Positions 29,001 to 36,985 of a DNA stretch of 60,659 nucleotides are shown piece by piece. Position numbers and translations under genes: made by a program. A model generated the notes under the pieces. It did not search any database and had not been told where the DNA came from. It saw only the letters and a program-made list of their open reading frames with translations. Position 1 is the first letter of the stretch. The number at the start of each line of letters is the position of its first letter. Source of the DNA: an uncultured Planctomycetales bacterium (GTDB taxonomy: Bacteria; Planctomycetota; Phycisphaerae; UBA1845; PWPN01); NCBI GenBank assembly GCA_964511155.1, contig CAZEEJ010000005.1:1-60659 (forward strand). The letters run 5' to 3'.

Positions 29001-29805
29001 CCGTCGAGATCGAGCCCGGCACCATGCGAAGATGCTCGGCCAAGCTCACGGCGAGCGTGTACAAGCCCAGGTCGGACCGCTCCACCAGATACCCCAGGAT
29101 GCCCTGATCCAGACGGTAGATGAGGAAACCCGCCAGCGTAGCCAGACAGATGGGCAACCCGAACCGCAGACTTCGACCCCACAACCACCGCGGCAGCGCG
29201 CTGGGACGCAGGCTGATCTCGTGCCGCAGAAACCAGATGGCCAGCACACTCGCCGGCAGATGCGCCAGGGCCATCACCCACACTGCCGCCAGAACCCCCC
29301 ATTCCAGCACCACCAGAAACACGAACAGCGCCGCCAGCAGGGTGGCCCCCGCCACGATGCGCAGGATGGACGCCAGAACCACCTGGCCCACCCCTCGCAC
29401 CAGTGAGAACATCAGCGTGCTGAAAATCGACATCGGCGCGATCATGCACGAGGCCAGGATGATCTCCGTGCTCAGCGTACCGAAATTGCCCCGGGGGATC
29501 GGCAGCCAGAAGAAATACGCACAGACCACCAGCACACTGACCAGCGTCCCGAACGCGGTGATCACCAGGGATTGCAGAAACAATCCCGCTCGAGCCTCCT
29601 TGTAAAGCCCCGCAAACGTGCTGTTGACGCTCTCCTGCCCCAGCATGGCGAACGTCGTCGTGATGGAGGGCAACAACAGCGCCAGCGCAAGGATGCCGCG
29701 TCCCTCCGGTCCCAGCCACCGCGACGTGACCGTCACGGTACCCAGCATGATCACCGCCAGCACCATGCTGCCGGCGAAAGTCGCGCTGATGTCCCGTTTC
29801 AGCAT
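26017..29805 (-). CDS. Fusion protein: Wzx-like polysaccharide flippase (about 400 aa), then 3 extra TM helices, then a heparinase II/III-like domain
   Basis: Starts MLKRDISATFAGSMVLAVIM (ATG 29805), with about 12 TM helices and typical flippase blocks (LGPEGRGILALA, GLYTLAVSLAEHL). There is no stop before the heparinase-like part (NHGLMQNYALLSMAL, HSHYDALALTLFAGGRALLAGPGYPSY). 1262 aa. Confidence 0.8.
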   Translation of the reverse strand: MLKRDISATFAGSMVLAVIMLGTVTVTSRWLGPEGRGILALALLLPSITTTFAMLGQESVNSTFAGLYKEARAGLFLQSLVITAFGTLVSVLVVCAYFFWLPIPRGNFGTLSTEIILASCMIAPMSIFSTLMFSLVRGVGQVVLASILRIVAGATLLAALFVFLVVLEWGVLAAVWVMALAHLPASVLAIWFLRHEISLRPSALPRWLWGRSLRFGLPICLATLAGFLIYRLDQGILGYLVERSDLGLYTLAVSLAEHLRMVPGSISTAFLPRLANEMASRQGQVPAVFRATMIASLAAMVGAGVFGIPAILVLFGWEFTGSIVPFLLLLPGIAALGGASVLASDLLTRQKTHYNVTVAWSTLAVSAGLNLLLIPILGIAGAAITASVAYTMALGLWTRFYLRESGRSFRELVPAWEDLRRVWSGGLELVGQVLRRTRLLPVGPAGGGMMGPGWVGPVPRHWRRRLMALACVLAAGAVVACPIVLASLVNGDGYLAGRRGFALLSGLSGLLATLSACVVIVTYRPGPWVRAGAGLWWYRRIVVAMLGVVAAVGGSGFGAFYYHRNHVDLLAMIDRTHPVCARMEEARRTGGRREAMNAIIRHLGERTPFTPMPLPILWRDSPADSERMAEAILAGRLGELFESPSYQWRPEERFRWKAPTPVPVLFAMQRQALLFPLLNSGSEGITAARAMMEEWRRGNRDWPNFNQYVWNDDCMSHRICAHMAVMQVLRSGGQVSDEDEKAFLTSLIQHGRHLTNRREYNAKTNHGLMQNYALLSMALQYPEFDRGGRWRETAVRRMQEHAAANVTAEGVSREVTPSYHYFVTRAALWFLATCEQADVEVSPQFAETVRKMLVFCREILHPDRSLPLIADTESEVVDLTWWPHEHLPALPELAALREAVKPSTVPPNEPGVRLWPGAGYLVLRAPAPEWTTSSALMLTLRCGEWSVAHSHYDALALTLFAGGRALLAGPGYPSYRDAAERQALIGTPSQTTVSVDGASHRQGDCKARWLDVRPAGTQEAGMPAFVAFQGESQLYAGVVHRRSLFFGPGVRTLLVVDELASQEPHVYRQQFRVAEGLNAGIADGALVAVSGDEPAETLLRIESTVVCDGQVGRPETGLAGPVGYFAVTGRNAVLVTLLDASGGTETGRVSADAAGAEWAGERGRLSLRWPIESQDSYDWQTVAGNHPTGAPRIPGASAQSQQHERPLQGRLARRHPVPRPSAWADRTSPSGSKTWADGTSPSGSKTWAGGTSLSGSGVNAGG
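26039..26154. repeat. Three tandem 36-bp units (GAGCCTGAARGGCTCGTTCC..CAGCCCA.GTCTT.), the last ending in the hairpin CCCAGGCC-GAA-GGCCTGGG (26136-26154)
   Basis: Units at 26039-26074, 26075-26110 and 26111-26146. They are in frame with the tail of the fusion ORF (WADRTSPSGSKT x3) and lie just upstream of the next gene's ATG. Confidence 0.85.
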
Positions 29806-30359
29806 GTGCCGCGGTCCTCGAACTGCATGGAGTAGACCATTTGCCTGAAAGCAGCCACATCCTGTGCGGTAATCTCCCGCGGGGATCGTCCCGGATAGGG
29901 CGCCTCGATCATGGTGAACCGGCTGCGGCGGTCCAGGTACTCCGCCAGACCGCATAGCACGCGCGCAGGGACACCCGCAGCCACGGATCGGTCCGGCACA
30001 TCCTTGGTGACCACGCTGCCCGCGCCGATGACTACCTGGCTCCCGATTCGCACCCCCGGCATGATGATGGCCCCATACCCGATGAACACCTCGTCACCAA
30101 TCCACACCGGAGCGACACGGTATTCCCCGGTATGCAGGTAGTAGCTCGCATCATGGCTGAGGATCATCGAACTCGGACCGATGACGCAGTTGCGCCCAAT
30201 GTGGATCAAACGCGGAAACATGCCGTCGAGGTTCTCGCGCATGAGCCGCGTACCCGCCCCGATATCCAGGTCCGCCATCCAGGCGAACGGATCCTCCTTC
30301 ACCAGCGATCGAGAAATCCGGCGAAGAATCCTTTTCAACACGGGGAGCCTCCTCGGCAC
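29799..30359 (-). CDS. Left-handed beta-helix acetyltransferase (maltose/galactoside O-acetyltransferase-like)
   Basis: VWIGDEVFIGYGAIIMPGVRIGSQVVIGAGSVVTKDVP. Confidence 0.85.
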   Translation of the reverse strand: MPRRLPVLKRILRRISRSLVKEDPFAWMADLDIGAGTRLMRENLDGMFPRLIHIGRNCVIGPSSMILSHDASYYLHTGEYRVAPVWIGDEVFIGYGAIIMPGVRIGSQVVIGAGSVVTKDVPDRSVAAGVPARVLCGLAEYLDRRSRFTMIEAPYPGRSPREITAQDVAAFRQMVYSMQFEDRGTC

Positions 30360-30499
30360 ACACCTTCACACCGTGCAAACAACCGCCAAGAAACAGAATG
30401 AGCAATCCGCGAACGAAACGTTCGATCCGGCTTGCCGCTTCGCGTGGAACCCGTCCAAGCTCTGATCGTCCGGCTCCTGACTTTGAGCTTCCCCATCCG

Positions 30500-30528
30500 C
30501 TCTGTGTCAATCTGAGTGATCTGTGGGC
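30500..30528. repeat. Family F repeat copy CTCTGTGTCAATCTGAGTGATCTGTGGGC
   Basis: Matches 12637-12666 and the reverse complement of 57076-57097. Supplies the last codons (PTDHSD-stop) of the adjacent acetyltransferase ORF. Confidence 0.8.
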
Positions 30529-31202
30529 AAACGCTTCTCGCTATCCCGCGGCAACCCCTCCGCACCGGAGCGGTACCGAATCACCCGCGCCGGCACGCCC
30601 ACGGCGATGGCCATCGGCGGGATGTCCCGCGTCACCGCCGCACGGGCCCCGATCACCGCTCCATCCCCGATCGTCACCCCGGGCAGGATCGAGCACCCCG
30701 CCCCAATCCACACGTCGTTGCCGATACGGATCGGCCGCGAGTGCAGCGGCTGCGTGCGGATCGACTGCCCCGCTTCCATACCATGATTGACATCGGTGAT
30801 GTGGCATTCCGGGGCGATCAGGCTATCCCGACCGATGCACACCTGCTGGTGCGCCAGGATGATCGTCCGGCGGCCGATGTAGCTGTCGTCGCCGATCTCC
30901 AGCCGGCCCTCAGGCCAAACCGCCATGTAGACGTCCACGCCCAGACGAACACGACGCCCCAACCGCACCCGCTCCGGGTGGGTCAGCTCAACGCGTCCCT
31001 CCAGGATTAAGCCCTCACCGCCAACCAACCCCGACCGAAAAAGCTGCGCGATGCGCCACCGGGAGCAGGCACCGGCCAGCAGCGCCCCGAGCCATCCCAG
31101 CACCGACGGGCTCCGACAACGCTTTCCCGGCATAGGGAAATCCGCCGACACAGGCAAGCCCGCCGGCATAGGTTTGCCTGCCTCCGAATCCTGCGTCGTC
31201 AT
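30507..31202 (-). CDS. Left-handed beta-helix acetyltransferase
   Basis: Starts MTTQDSEAGKPMPAG (ATG 31202). IRIGNDVWIGAGCSILPGVTIGDGAVIGARAAVTRDIP. The listed ORF's upstream 72 aa are translated repeat DNA. Confidence 0.75.
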   Translation of the reverse strand: MTTQDSEAGKPMPAGLPVSADFPMPGKRCRSPSVLGWLGALLAGACSRWRIAQLFRSGLVGGEGLILEGRVELTHPERVRLGRRVRLGVDVYMAVWPEGRLEIGDDSYIGRRTIILAHQQVCIGRDSLIAPECHITDVNHGMEAGQSIRTQPLHSRPIRIGNDVWIGAGCSILPGVTIGDGAVIGARAAVTRDIPPMAIAVGVPARVIRYRSGAEGLPRDSEKRLPTDHSD

Positions 31203-31308
31203 CGACTCCCCCTGCGAAAACGCATGACCAGCCTCCCGACCTTCCCCGTCACGGCCCACGATCCGGCTTGCCTCTTCGCGGCGCAACCGCGGGATCGAAC
31301 GCCCCGCC

Positions 31309-31418
31309 TCTCGCTCCCCGCACCAGTAGCGGCCGCCCACCGACTTCGGCGAGCTCAGCCGAGCCGCGGCGGCCGGCGTCTCCTCGCTCCCCGCACCGGC
31401 GAGACGCCGGTGCCACAC
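31309..31418. repeat. Composite family C/D repeat (reverse orientation relative to 4449-4554)
   Basis: CCGCACCGGCGAGACGCCGGTGCCACAC is the reverse complement of family C. GTAGCGGCCGCCCACCGACTTCGGCGAGCTCAGCCGAGCCGCGGCGGCCGGCGT matches 53741-53795. Confidence 0.8.
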
Positions 31419-31437
31419 CGAATCGAACGCCCCCGTA

Positions 31438-32385
31438 TCACGTCCCCGCGCGTAACCACGCCACGAACGCCGCCAGACCCGCCGCCAGGTCCGTCCGCGG
31501 CTCGTAGTCCAGTTCCCGCCGGGCCAGCGTCACATCCGCGAAGGTCCGCTCCACGTCGCCCGGTTGCGGCGGTAGCCGCTCGATCACCGCCTGCTTGCCC
31601 AGCGCCCGTTCGATGGCCGCCACCAGATCGCTCAGCGACACCGGATGGGCGTTCCCCAGATTATAGAGGTGATACCCTTCGCAGCGCTCGATCGCCGCCA
31701 ACACGCCGGCCACAATATCGCCAACGTAAGTATGGTCCCGCATCATCCCGCCGTCGCCGAAGACCGGGATCGGTTCGCCCCGCTCGATGAGCCGGGCAAA
31801 CTTGTGAATCGCCAGGTCCGGCCGTTGCCGCGGGCCATACACCGTGAAGAACCGCAGGCAGGTCACGTTCAGCCCGAACAGGTGGTGGTACGTGTGGCAC
31901 AGCAGCTCGCCCGCCTTCTTCGTGGCCGCGTACGGCGAGATCGGGTGATCGACGTTGTCCGTCTCGGCGAACGGAACCTTGGCGTTATTGCCGTAGACGC
32001 TCGAACTGCTCGCGAAGACGAAACGCCCCACCCCCGCTCGCCGGGCCGCCTCCAGCAGCACGCACGTGCCGCCCACGTTCACCTGCTCGTACAGCAGCGG
32101 TTGCTCGATCGACGGCCGTACTCCGGCCCGCGCCGCCAGGTGCACCACCGCGTCGACCGAGTCCTGGAGCACCCCCTCCATCGCCGTCTCGTCGCGGACA
32201 TCCGCCTCGACCAGCCTGAACCCCGGGTACTTCTGGCAGGCCCTCGCGTTGGCCCGCTTGACCTGCGGGTCGTAGAAAGTGTCGAACGAATCCACTCCCG
32301 TCACCCGCCAGCCGGCCGCCAGCAGGGCCTCGCTGACGTGTGAGCCGATGAACCCCGCCGCCCCGGTGACCAATGCGTGTGCCAT
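31438..32385 (-). CDS. NAD-dependent sugar-nucleotide epimerase/dehydratase (UDP-glucuronate 4-epimerase-like SDR)
   Basis: LVTGAAGFIGSH Rossmann motif, SSSSVYG, catalytic YAATK, RFFTVYGPRQRPD. Confidence 0.9.
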   Translation of the reverse strand: MAHALVTGAAGFIGSHVSEALLAAGWRVTGVDSFDTFYDPQVKRANARACQKYPGFRLVEADVRDETAMEGVLQDSVDAVVHLAARAGVRPSIEQPLLYEQVNVGGTCVLLEAARRAGVGRFVFASSSSVYGNNAKVPFAETDNVDHPISPYAATKKAGELLCHTYHHLFGLNVTCLRFFTVYGPRQRPDLAIHKFARLIERGEPIPVFGDGGMMRDHTYVGDIVAGVLAAIERCEGYHLYNLGNAHPVSLSDLVAAIERALGKQAVIERLPPQPGDVERTFADVTLARRELDYEPRTDLAAGLAAFVAWLRAGT

Positions 32386-32528
32386 ATCCGGCTCCGTGAC
32401 GTGTAGCCCCGCGGAGACTGCTTTCTCCCCGCGATGGCTGGACTCCGTCCCCGTCGGCCGCGCGCGAACGACCGATAACCCCCCTGGAAGTGCCCGGCTT
32501 ACGTATTCGCAAGTCCGGTATTTACCGT

Positions 32529-32558
32529 ATGATATCGGCCAGCCGGAGAGCCCGGCAA
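32529..32558 (-). promoter_or_regulatory. Candidate sigma70-like internal promoter (TTGCCG - 18 nt - TATCAT) in the 197-bp NusG-to-epimerase spacer
   Basis: Pattern match only, in a locally AT-richer stretch. The promoter consensus of this lineage is unknown. Confidence 0.2.
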
Positions 32559-32581
32559 CAGTTGCGGCGCCCCTGCTCTGT

Positions 32582-33193
32582 TCAGACCCGGTGGATTGGT
32601 CTTCGCCCGGTGATCCCGGCGTAGGCAGGAGGGTCGATCGGTTCCACGCTCTCGCTATCGACCTCGACCATCACGCTCTGGCCGAGCGTGGTGACGTTCA
32701 GATAGAGCCGCCAGCGATCCGCTGCCCGTGCGATCGTACCTTCCAGACCCTGCAGCGGGCCGGCGACAATACGCACCCAGTCCCCCACTTTCAGCCGTTT
32801 GGCCACCGAAAAATCGCACTGGCTGACCAGCAGCGTATGGACATGCAGCAGCTCCGCGTAAAACTGCTCCTGGTTGGCCACATTCAACACCTGAGCGATC
32901 CGATTCGTCCGCAGGGCTTGGTACCGCTGCTCCGGGTTGCCGTGAAAAAACACGTACCCGGGAAACACGGGTACCATGCTCCGCGAGACCCGTCGCGTCA
33001 CCGGACTGCGCGTCGTGCGCGGGCACAGCGGCAGGTAGTTGAAGACGCCCATCCGGCCGAGTTCCCAGGCCAAGGCCTTCTCGTTCCGCGAACGCGTATG
33101 CGCCACATACCACTGGCCCGCCAGGTCCGTAGGGATCGGGGCCAGTGATTCGACCCCCTGCTCACCCCACGCGATGTGATCCAGCTCGCTCAA
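32582..33193 (-). CDS. NusG-paralogue transcription antiterminator (RfaH/UpxY-like) at the head of the polysaccharide operon
   Basis: NGN-like WYVAHTRSRNEKALAWEL...VPVFPGYVFF. KOW motif VGDWVRIVAGPLQGLEGTI. Confidence 0.85.
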   Translation of the reverse strand: MSELDHIAWGEQGVESLAPIPTDLAGQWYVAHTRSRNEKALAWELGRMGVFNYLPLCPRTTRSPVTRRVSRSMVPVFPGYVFFHGNPEQRYQALRTNRIAQVLNVANQEQFYAELLHVHTLLVSQCDFSVAKRLKVGDWVRIVAGPLQGLEGTIARAADRWRLYLNVTTLGQSVMVEVDSESVEPIDPPAYAGITGRRPIHRV

Positions 33194-33371
33194 CGCCTCT
33201 TGCCTCGCTCAGCCCCGGCTCCGGACTACCCGCCGGGTCCAACGGCCGTATCAGTACTGCCCGGCGTGCCACGACCGTCACAGAACCGCTGCACCGGGCC
33301 GCCACCGCCCTGTGTATCTTACGCCAGCTATCGGCCAAAAGTCCTTGTGGCAACAGGCGATGTGAACATTC

Positions 33372-33740
33372 TCAGTTGAATCGGGGGCGTTTCGCCGACT
33401 CGCGGCGTTGCCAGGCCGCCAGCGCCAGCAACGCCAATCCCAGGCCCAGCACGTCGCACAGGAAGTCCCACACGCTGGGCTGTCGCCCCACGATCGCCTG
33501 CGTCAGCTCGTCGAAAGCCGCCCAAACGACCCCGCCCGCCAGGATCCAGCCCATCGCGGATGCCCCCACTCGCCGCCGCTCGGTCCCAGCCAACACCCAC
33601 CACCACAAGCACGCCCAGCCCGCGTAGAGCCCGAGGTGGACCACCTTGTCCAAATGAGGCACTCGCCAGCCCGCCGACGGCAGGAACCTGTCGATCTCCG
33701 GGAGATGGGTCAAGCCGAACATCGCGGCCCAGTAGACCAT
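33372..33740 (-). CDS. VanZ-family membrane protein (start uncertain; the ORF is open up to 33944)
   Basis: MVYWAAMFGLTHLP...LDKVVHLGLYAGWACLWWW...AAFDELTQ...DFLCDVLGLGLALL: 4 TM helices with the VanZ-typical DK..H and DE..Q blocks. Confidence 0.65.
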   Translation of the reverse strand: MVYWAAMFGLTHLPEIDRFLPSAGWRVPHLDKVVHLGLYAGWACLWWWVLAGTERRRVGASAMGWILAGGVVWAAFDELTQAIVGRQPSVWDFLCDVLGLGLALLALAAWQRRESAKRPRFN

Positions 33741-33931
33741 CAGCGACCCGTGCCGAAGCTTCCGCGAGGCGAGCCAGCCGCCCGAGCCCTGCTGATCCGT
33801 GGCTCGGCTCAAGCCGCGCCCCCCACCGGCCGCCGCCCCCGCATATTGCCTTGCTCCCTTGCTCACTCGCCTGCTCGTTGCCTCACGCGAGGACCGACCG
33901 AACTCCTTCGTTGTCCCAAACCGTACACGCA

Positions 33932-33971
33932 CCGCACTGTTCAAAGAGCAGTGGCTCTTTGAGCAGTGCGG
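33932..33971. repeat. Doubled family B palindrome (CCGCACTGTTCAAAGAGCAGTGGCTCTTTGAGCAGTGCGG)
   Basis: Matches 563-590 and 4422-4449. Confidence 0.8.
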
Positions 33972-34100
33972 TCGCGGTTAAAGTTTGCCAGCGGAGCGAT
34001 CCTCGTCACGGGTTGCATCATCGCCAGCCCACCCTTGCTGCGTAAGGATGGGCCACTCGTCGGCCGCTGCGGGGGGCGGCCGCTACGGTTTCGCGGGTAC

Positions 34101-35405
34101 TCACAGTCGGCGGCGACGGCGTGGCTTAAACTTGGCTCCCAACCCGCGGGGTGAGGAAGCGGCGGCCGACTCCTGCGCCGCCTCAGCGCCGGGCGCCGGC
34201 CCGCCCGCCATGGCCGCGGCGGCTTCACGTGGGCCGTAGGAGGGCTGCCAGTCGTCGCGCGGCGGCCGGGGTACGAAGCCTTCAACGGTGATCGGTGGCA
34301 CCTCACGGTTGATCAGGATCTCCACGTCGGTGAGCCGCTTGCCCTGGTCCCGCGTGACCAGCGAGATCGCCTTTCCGAACGTGCCCATCCGCGCCGTCCG
34401 CCCGATGCGGTGCACGTAGGAGTGCGGGTCATCCGGGATGTCGTAGTTGATGATGTGGCTGATGCCCTGCACGTCGATCCCGCGGGCCGCCAGGTCCGTG
34501 GCCACCAGCACGTTCAGGTTATGCTTGCGGAACCGGTCCATCACGCGCTCGCGCTTCGCCTGCACCAGGTCGCCGTGGATCTCGCGGGCGTCGACGCCGG
34601 CGTCGTGCAACTGACGCGTCAGTTTCTCCACGCTCCGCTTCGTGTTGCAGAAGACGATGGCCAGCCGCGGCTTCTCCTGATCGATCAACATGCGCAACAC
34701 CCGGAACTTGTCCCACGGGTCCACCGTGACGTAGACCTGCGTGACCCCCTCGACGGTCAGCTCGTCGCGCGAGACATTGACCTCAACGGGATCGGTCATG
34801 TAGCGTTTGGCCAGTCGCGTGATCTCCTCGGTCAGCGTAGCGGAAACCAGGACCGTCTGGTGCGGTGTCGTGATGTGACCGAGGATGTGCCGGATGTCCT
34901 CGCGGAAGCCGATGTCCAGCATCCGATCGACCTCGTCCAGCACGACGAAGCGGATGTGGGCGAAACCCAGGGCCTTGCGCTGGAGCAGGTCCATGACCCG
35001 TCCGGGCGTCCCGACGACCACGCAGGGCTTACGACCCAGCAGATGTAACTGGGCTTTGATCTTCTGCCCGCCGTACACCGGCACGATCCGCAGGTCGAGC
35101 CCCTCGCACAGGCGGCGCAGCTCGGCGGCGACCTGGACGGCCAGCTCGCGCGTTGGCACAAGGATCAGAAACTGGAGCCCCTCGTTGGGTCGGATCATCT
35201 GCAGGATCGGCAGGCCAAAGGCCGCGGTCTTGCCCGTGCCCGTCCGGGCCTGCCCGAGGACATCCCGGCCGGCCAGCACCAGGGGGATGACCTGGCTCTG
35301 GATCTCCGTTGGGGTGGTGAATCCGATTTTCGCCAAGGCGAGCAGGAGCGGGGTCTCAATCCCCAGCTCGGCAAACGCCTCCGGTAAAGCGTGAGTCTTG
35401 TGCAT
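34101..35405 (-). CDS. DEAD-box ATP-dependent RNA helicase (RhlE-like) with basic C-terminal tail
   Basis: Q-motif GFTTPTEIQ, motif I AQARTGTGKTAAF, motif II VLDEVD, SAT, HRIGRTAR, tail KPRRRRRL. Start at MHKTHALPEAF. Confidence 0.9.
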   Translation of the reverse strand: MHKTHALPEAFAELGIETPLLLALAKIGFTTPTEIQSQVIPLVLAGRDVLGQARTGTGKTAAFGLPILQMIRPNEGLQFLILVPTRELAVQVAAELRRLCEGLDLRIVPVYGGQKIKAQLHLLGRKPCVVVGTPGRVMDLLQRKALGFAHIRFVVLDEVDRMLDIGFREDIRHILGHITTPHQTVLVSATLTEEITRLAKRYMTDPVEVNVSRDELTVEGVTQVYVTVDPWDKFRVLRMLIDQEKPRLAIVFCNTKRSVEKLTRQLHDAGVDAREIHGDLVQAKRERVMDRFRKHNLNVLVATDLAARGIDVQGISHIINYDIPDDPHSYVHRIGRTARMGTFGKAISLVTRDQGKRLTDVEILINREVPPITVEGFVPRPPRDDWQPSYGPREAAAAMAGGPAPGAEAAQESAAASSPRGLGAKFKPRRRRRL

Positions 35406-35584
35406 GTTCTGCGAGCGGTGTCCCGTGCAACCCCCATTGTGCACCGCCGGCCGAGCAGTGCGTCCTGATAACCCTGTAACGCTACCCCCCCCTGGCCAGC
35501 ATATACTCTAATCCATGATCGGCCTGATGGCCAGTGGCCCGCCGCTTGACCATGGCCCGGGCGGCCCGGTATCGTCGCCGGGCT

Positions 35585-36736
35585 ATGGACCCGCCGGTCG
35601 TCGCTGAGATTGAGCTGGACGCGTTGCGGGGCAACCTGCACGCCTGCCGGGGCCGCGTCCCCGCAGGTACGGCGCTGTGCCCGGCCGTCAAGGCGGACGC
35701 CTACGGGCACGGTATCGCTCATGTGCTCCCCGTCCTTGCCGATGCGGGCATCCGCCAAGTAGCGGTGGCCAATCTCGATGAGGCTCTGGAGCTCCGGCAG
35801 ATCGGCTGGTCCGGGGCCATTCTGTGCTTCGGCCCCATGCTCGCCACGGACAGCCCAACCGAGCAACGCGAGCGGGCCCACACCGCGGTCGCCGCCGACG
35901 TCACCCTGACCATCCAGTCAGCCTCGGAGCTTGCTCAACTTTCCGCCGCCGCGGCCCGTCTCCACCGTCGGGCCCGGGTCGAGGTCAAGGTGGACACCGG
36001 GATGGGGCGGATGGGCCTGCTGCCCGGCCTCGCCGAAGAAGTCATCCGCCAGACCCTTGGCTGCCCCGAAGTGCTCATCGAGGGCATCTACACGCATTTG
36101 GCCACGGCGGACGAGCCGGACCTGAGCTTTGCCCGCGAGCAGCTTGCCGTGTTTACCGGACTTCGTGAACGGCTGTCGAGCGGGGCTGCCGGGATCGCGT
36201 TTCACGCGGCCAATTCGGCGGCCATCTTTCGGCTGCCCGAGGCCCATCTGGACCGGGTGCGGCCGGGACTGGCCCTGTACGGCTACTGGACGGGACCGCA
36301 GGACGAGCGCCCGGCCGATCTGCGCCCAGCCCTCCGGGTGGTCAGCCGGCTGACCGCCGTCCGCTCCCTGCCTGCGGGGCATGCGGTCGGCTACGGCCGG
36401 TCGTTCGTGACCCAGCGCCCGAGCGTTATCGGCCTCGTCCCGATCGGCTATGCGGACGGCTATCGCCGGCTGCTGGGCAACCAGGCGGTGATGACGCTGG
36501 AGGCCCGCCGCGGCCTGGCCGCGCGAACCGTACCCGTCGTCGGCCGGATCAGCATGGACCAGACCGCCATCGACTTGACGGAAGCGGGCGAGGTTCGCCC
36601 CGGCGACCGGGTTGTGGTGATCGACAGGCAGCCGGCATCGCCGCACAGCGTTGAGGGCTTGGCACGTGGCCTCGCTACAATTCCGTATGAAGTGACTTGC
36701 CTACTGGGTAGGCGTGTGCGCCGCGTGCCCGTATGA
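35585..36736 (+). CDS. alr: Alanine racemase
   Basis: MDPPVVAEIELDALRGNL, PLP-lysine motif AVKADAYGHG, C-terminal GRISMDQTAIDL. Upstream in-frame starts at 35534 and 35552 are possible. Confidence 0.9.
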   Translation: MDPPVVAEIELDALRGNLHACRGRVPAGTALCPAVKADAYGHGIAHVLPVLADAGIRQVAVANLDEALELRQIGWSGAILCFGPMLATDSPTEQRERAHTAVAADVTLTIQSASELAQLSAAAARLHRRARVEVKVDTGMGRMGLLPGLAEEVIRQTLGCPEVLIEGIYTHLATADEPDLSFAREQLAVFTGLRERLSSGAAGIAFHAANSAAIFRLPEAHLDRVRPGLALYGYWTGPQDERPADLRPALRVVSRLTAVRSLPAGHAVGYGRSFVTQRPSVIGLVPIGYADGYRRLLGNQAVMTLEARRGLAARTVPVVGRISMDQTAIDLTEAGEVRPGDRVVVIDRQPASPHSVEGLARGLATIPYEVTCLLGRRVRRVPV

Positions 36737-36985
36737 TCAACTCAGGGACGGGTGGCGGTCGGCTGGGGGAGATGCGCATGTCTGGATATTGGGGCATTGA
36801 CGCCAGGGAACGAGAACCGGCGGCTGTGGGGGGGCCGGATACCCTTCGACGGACGCAGGAAGGGGAGCGCGCTTGTTTCTCGGACGGCGGTTCACTGTGA
36901 ATTGGGAATGGACACCCCGGGGTCCGTTTGACGATAAGACCTTGTCGCAAGTTGGTTTGTTGAGCATGATAGTCAGGGGAGGTAC

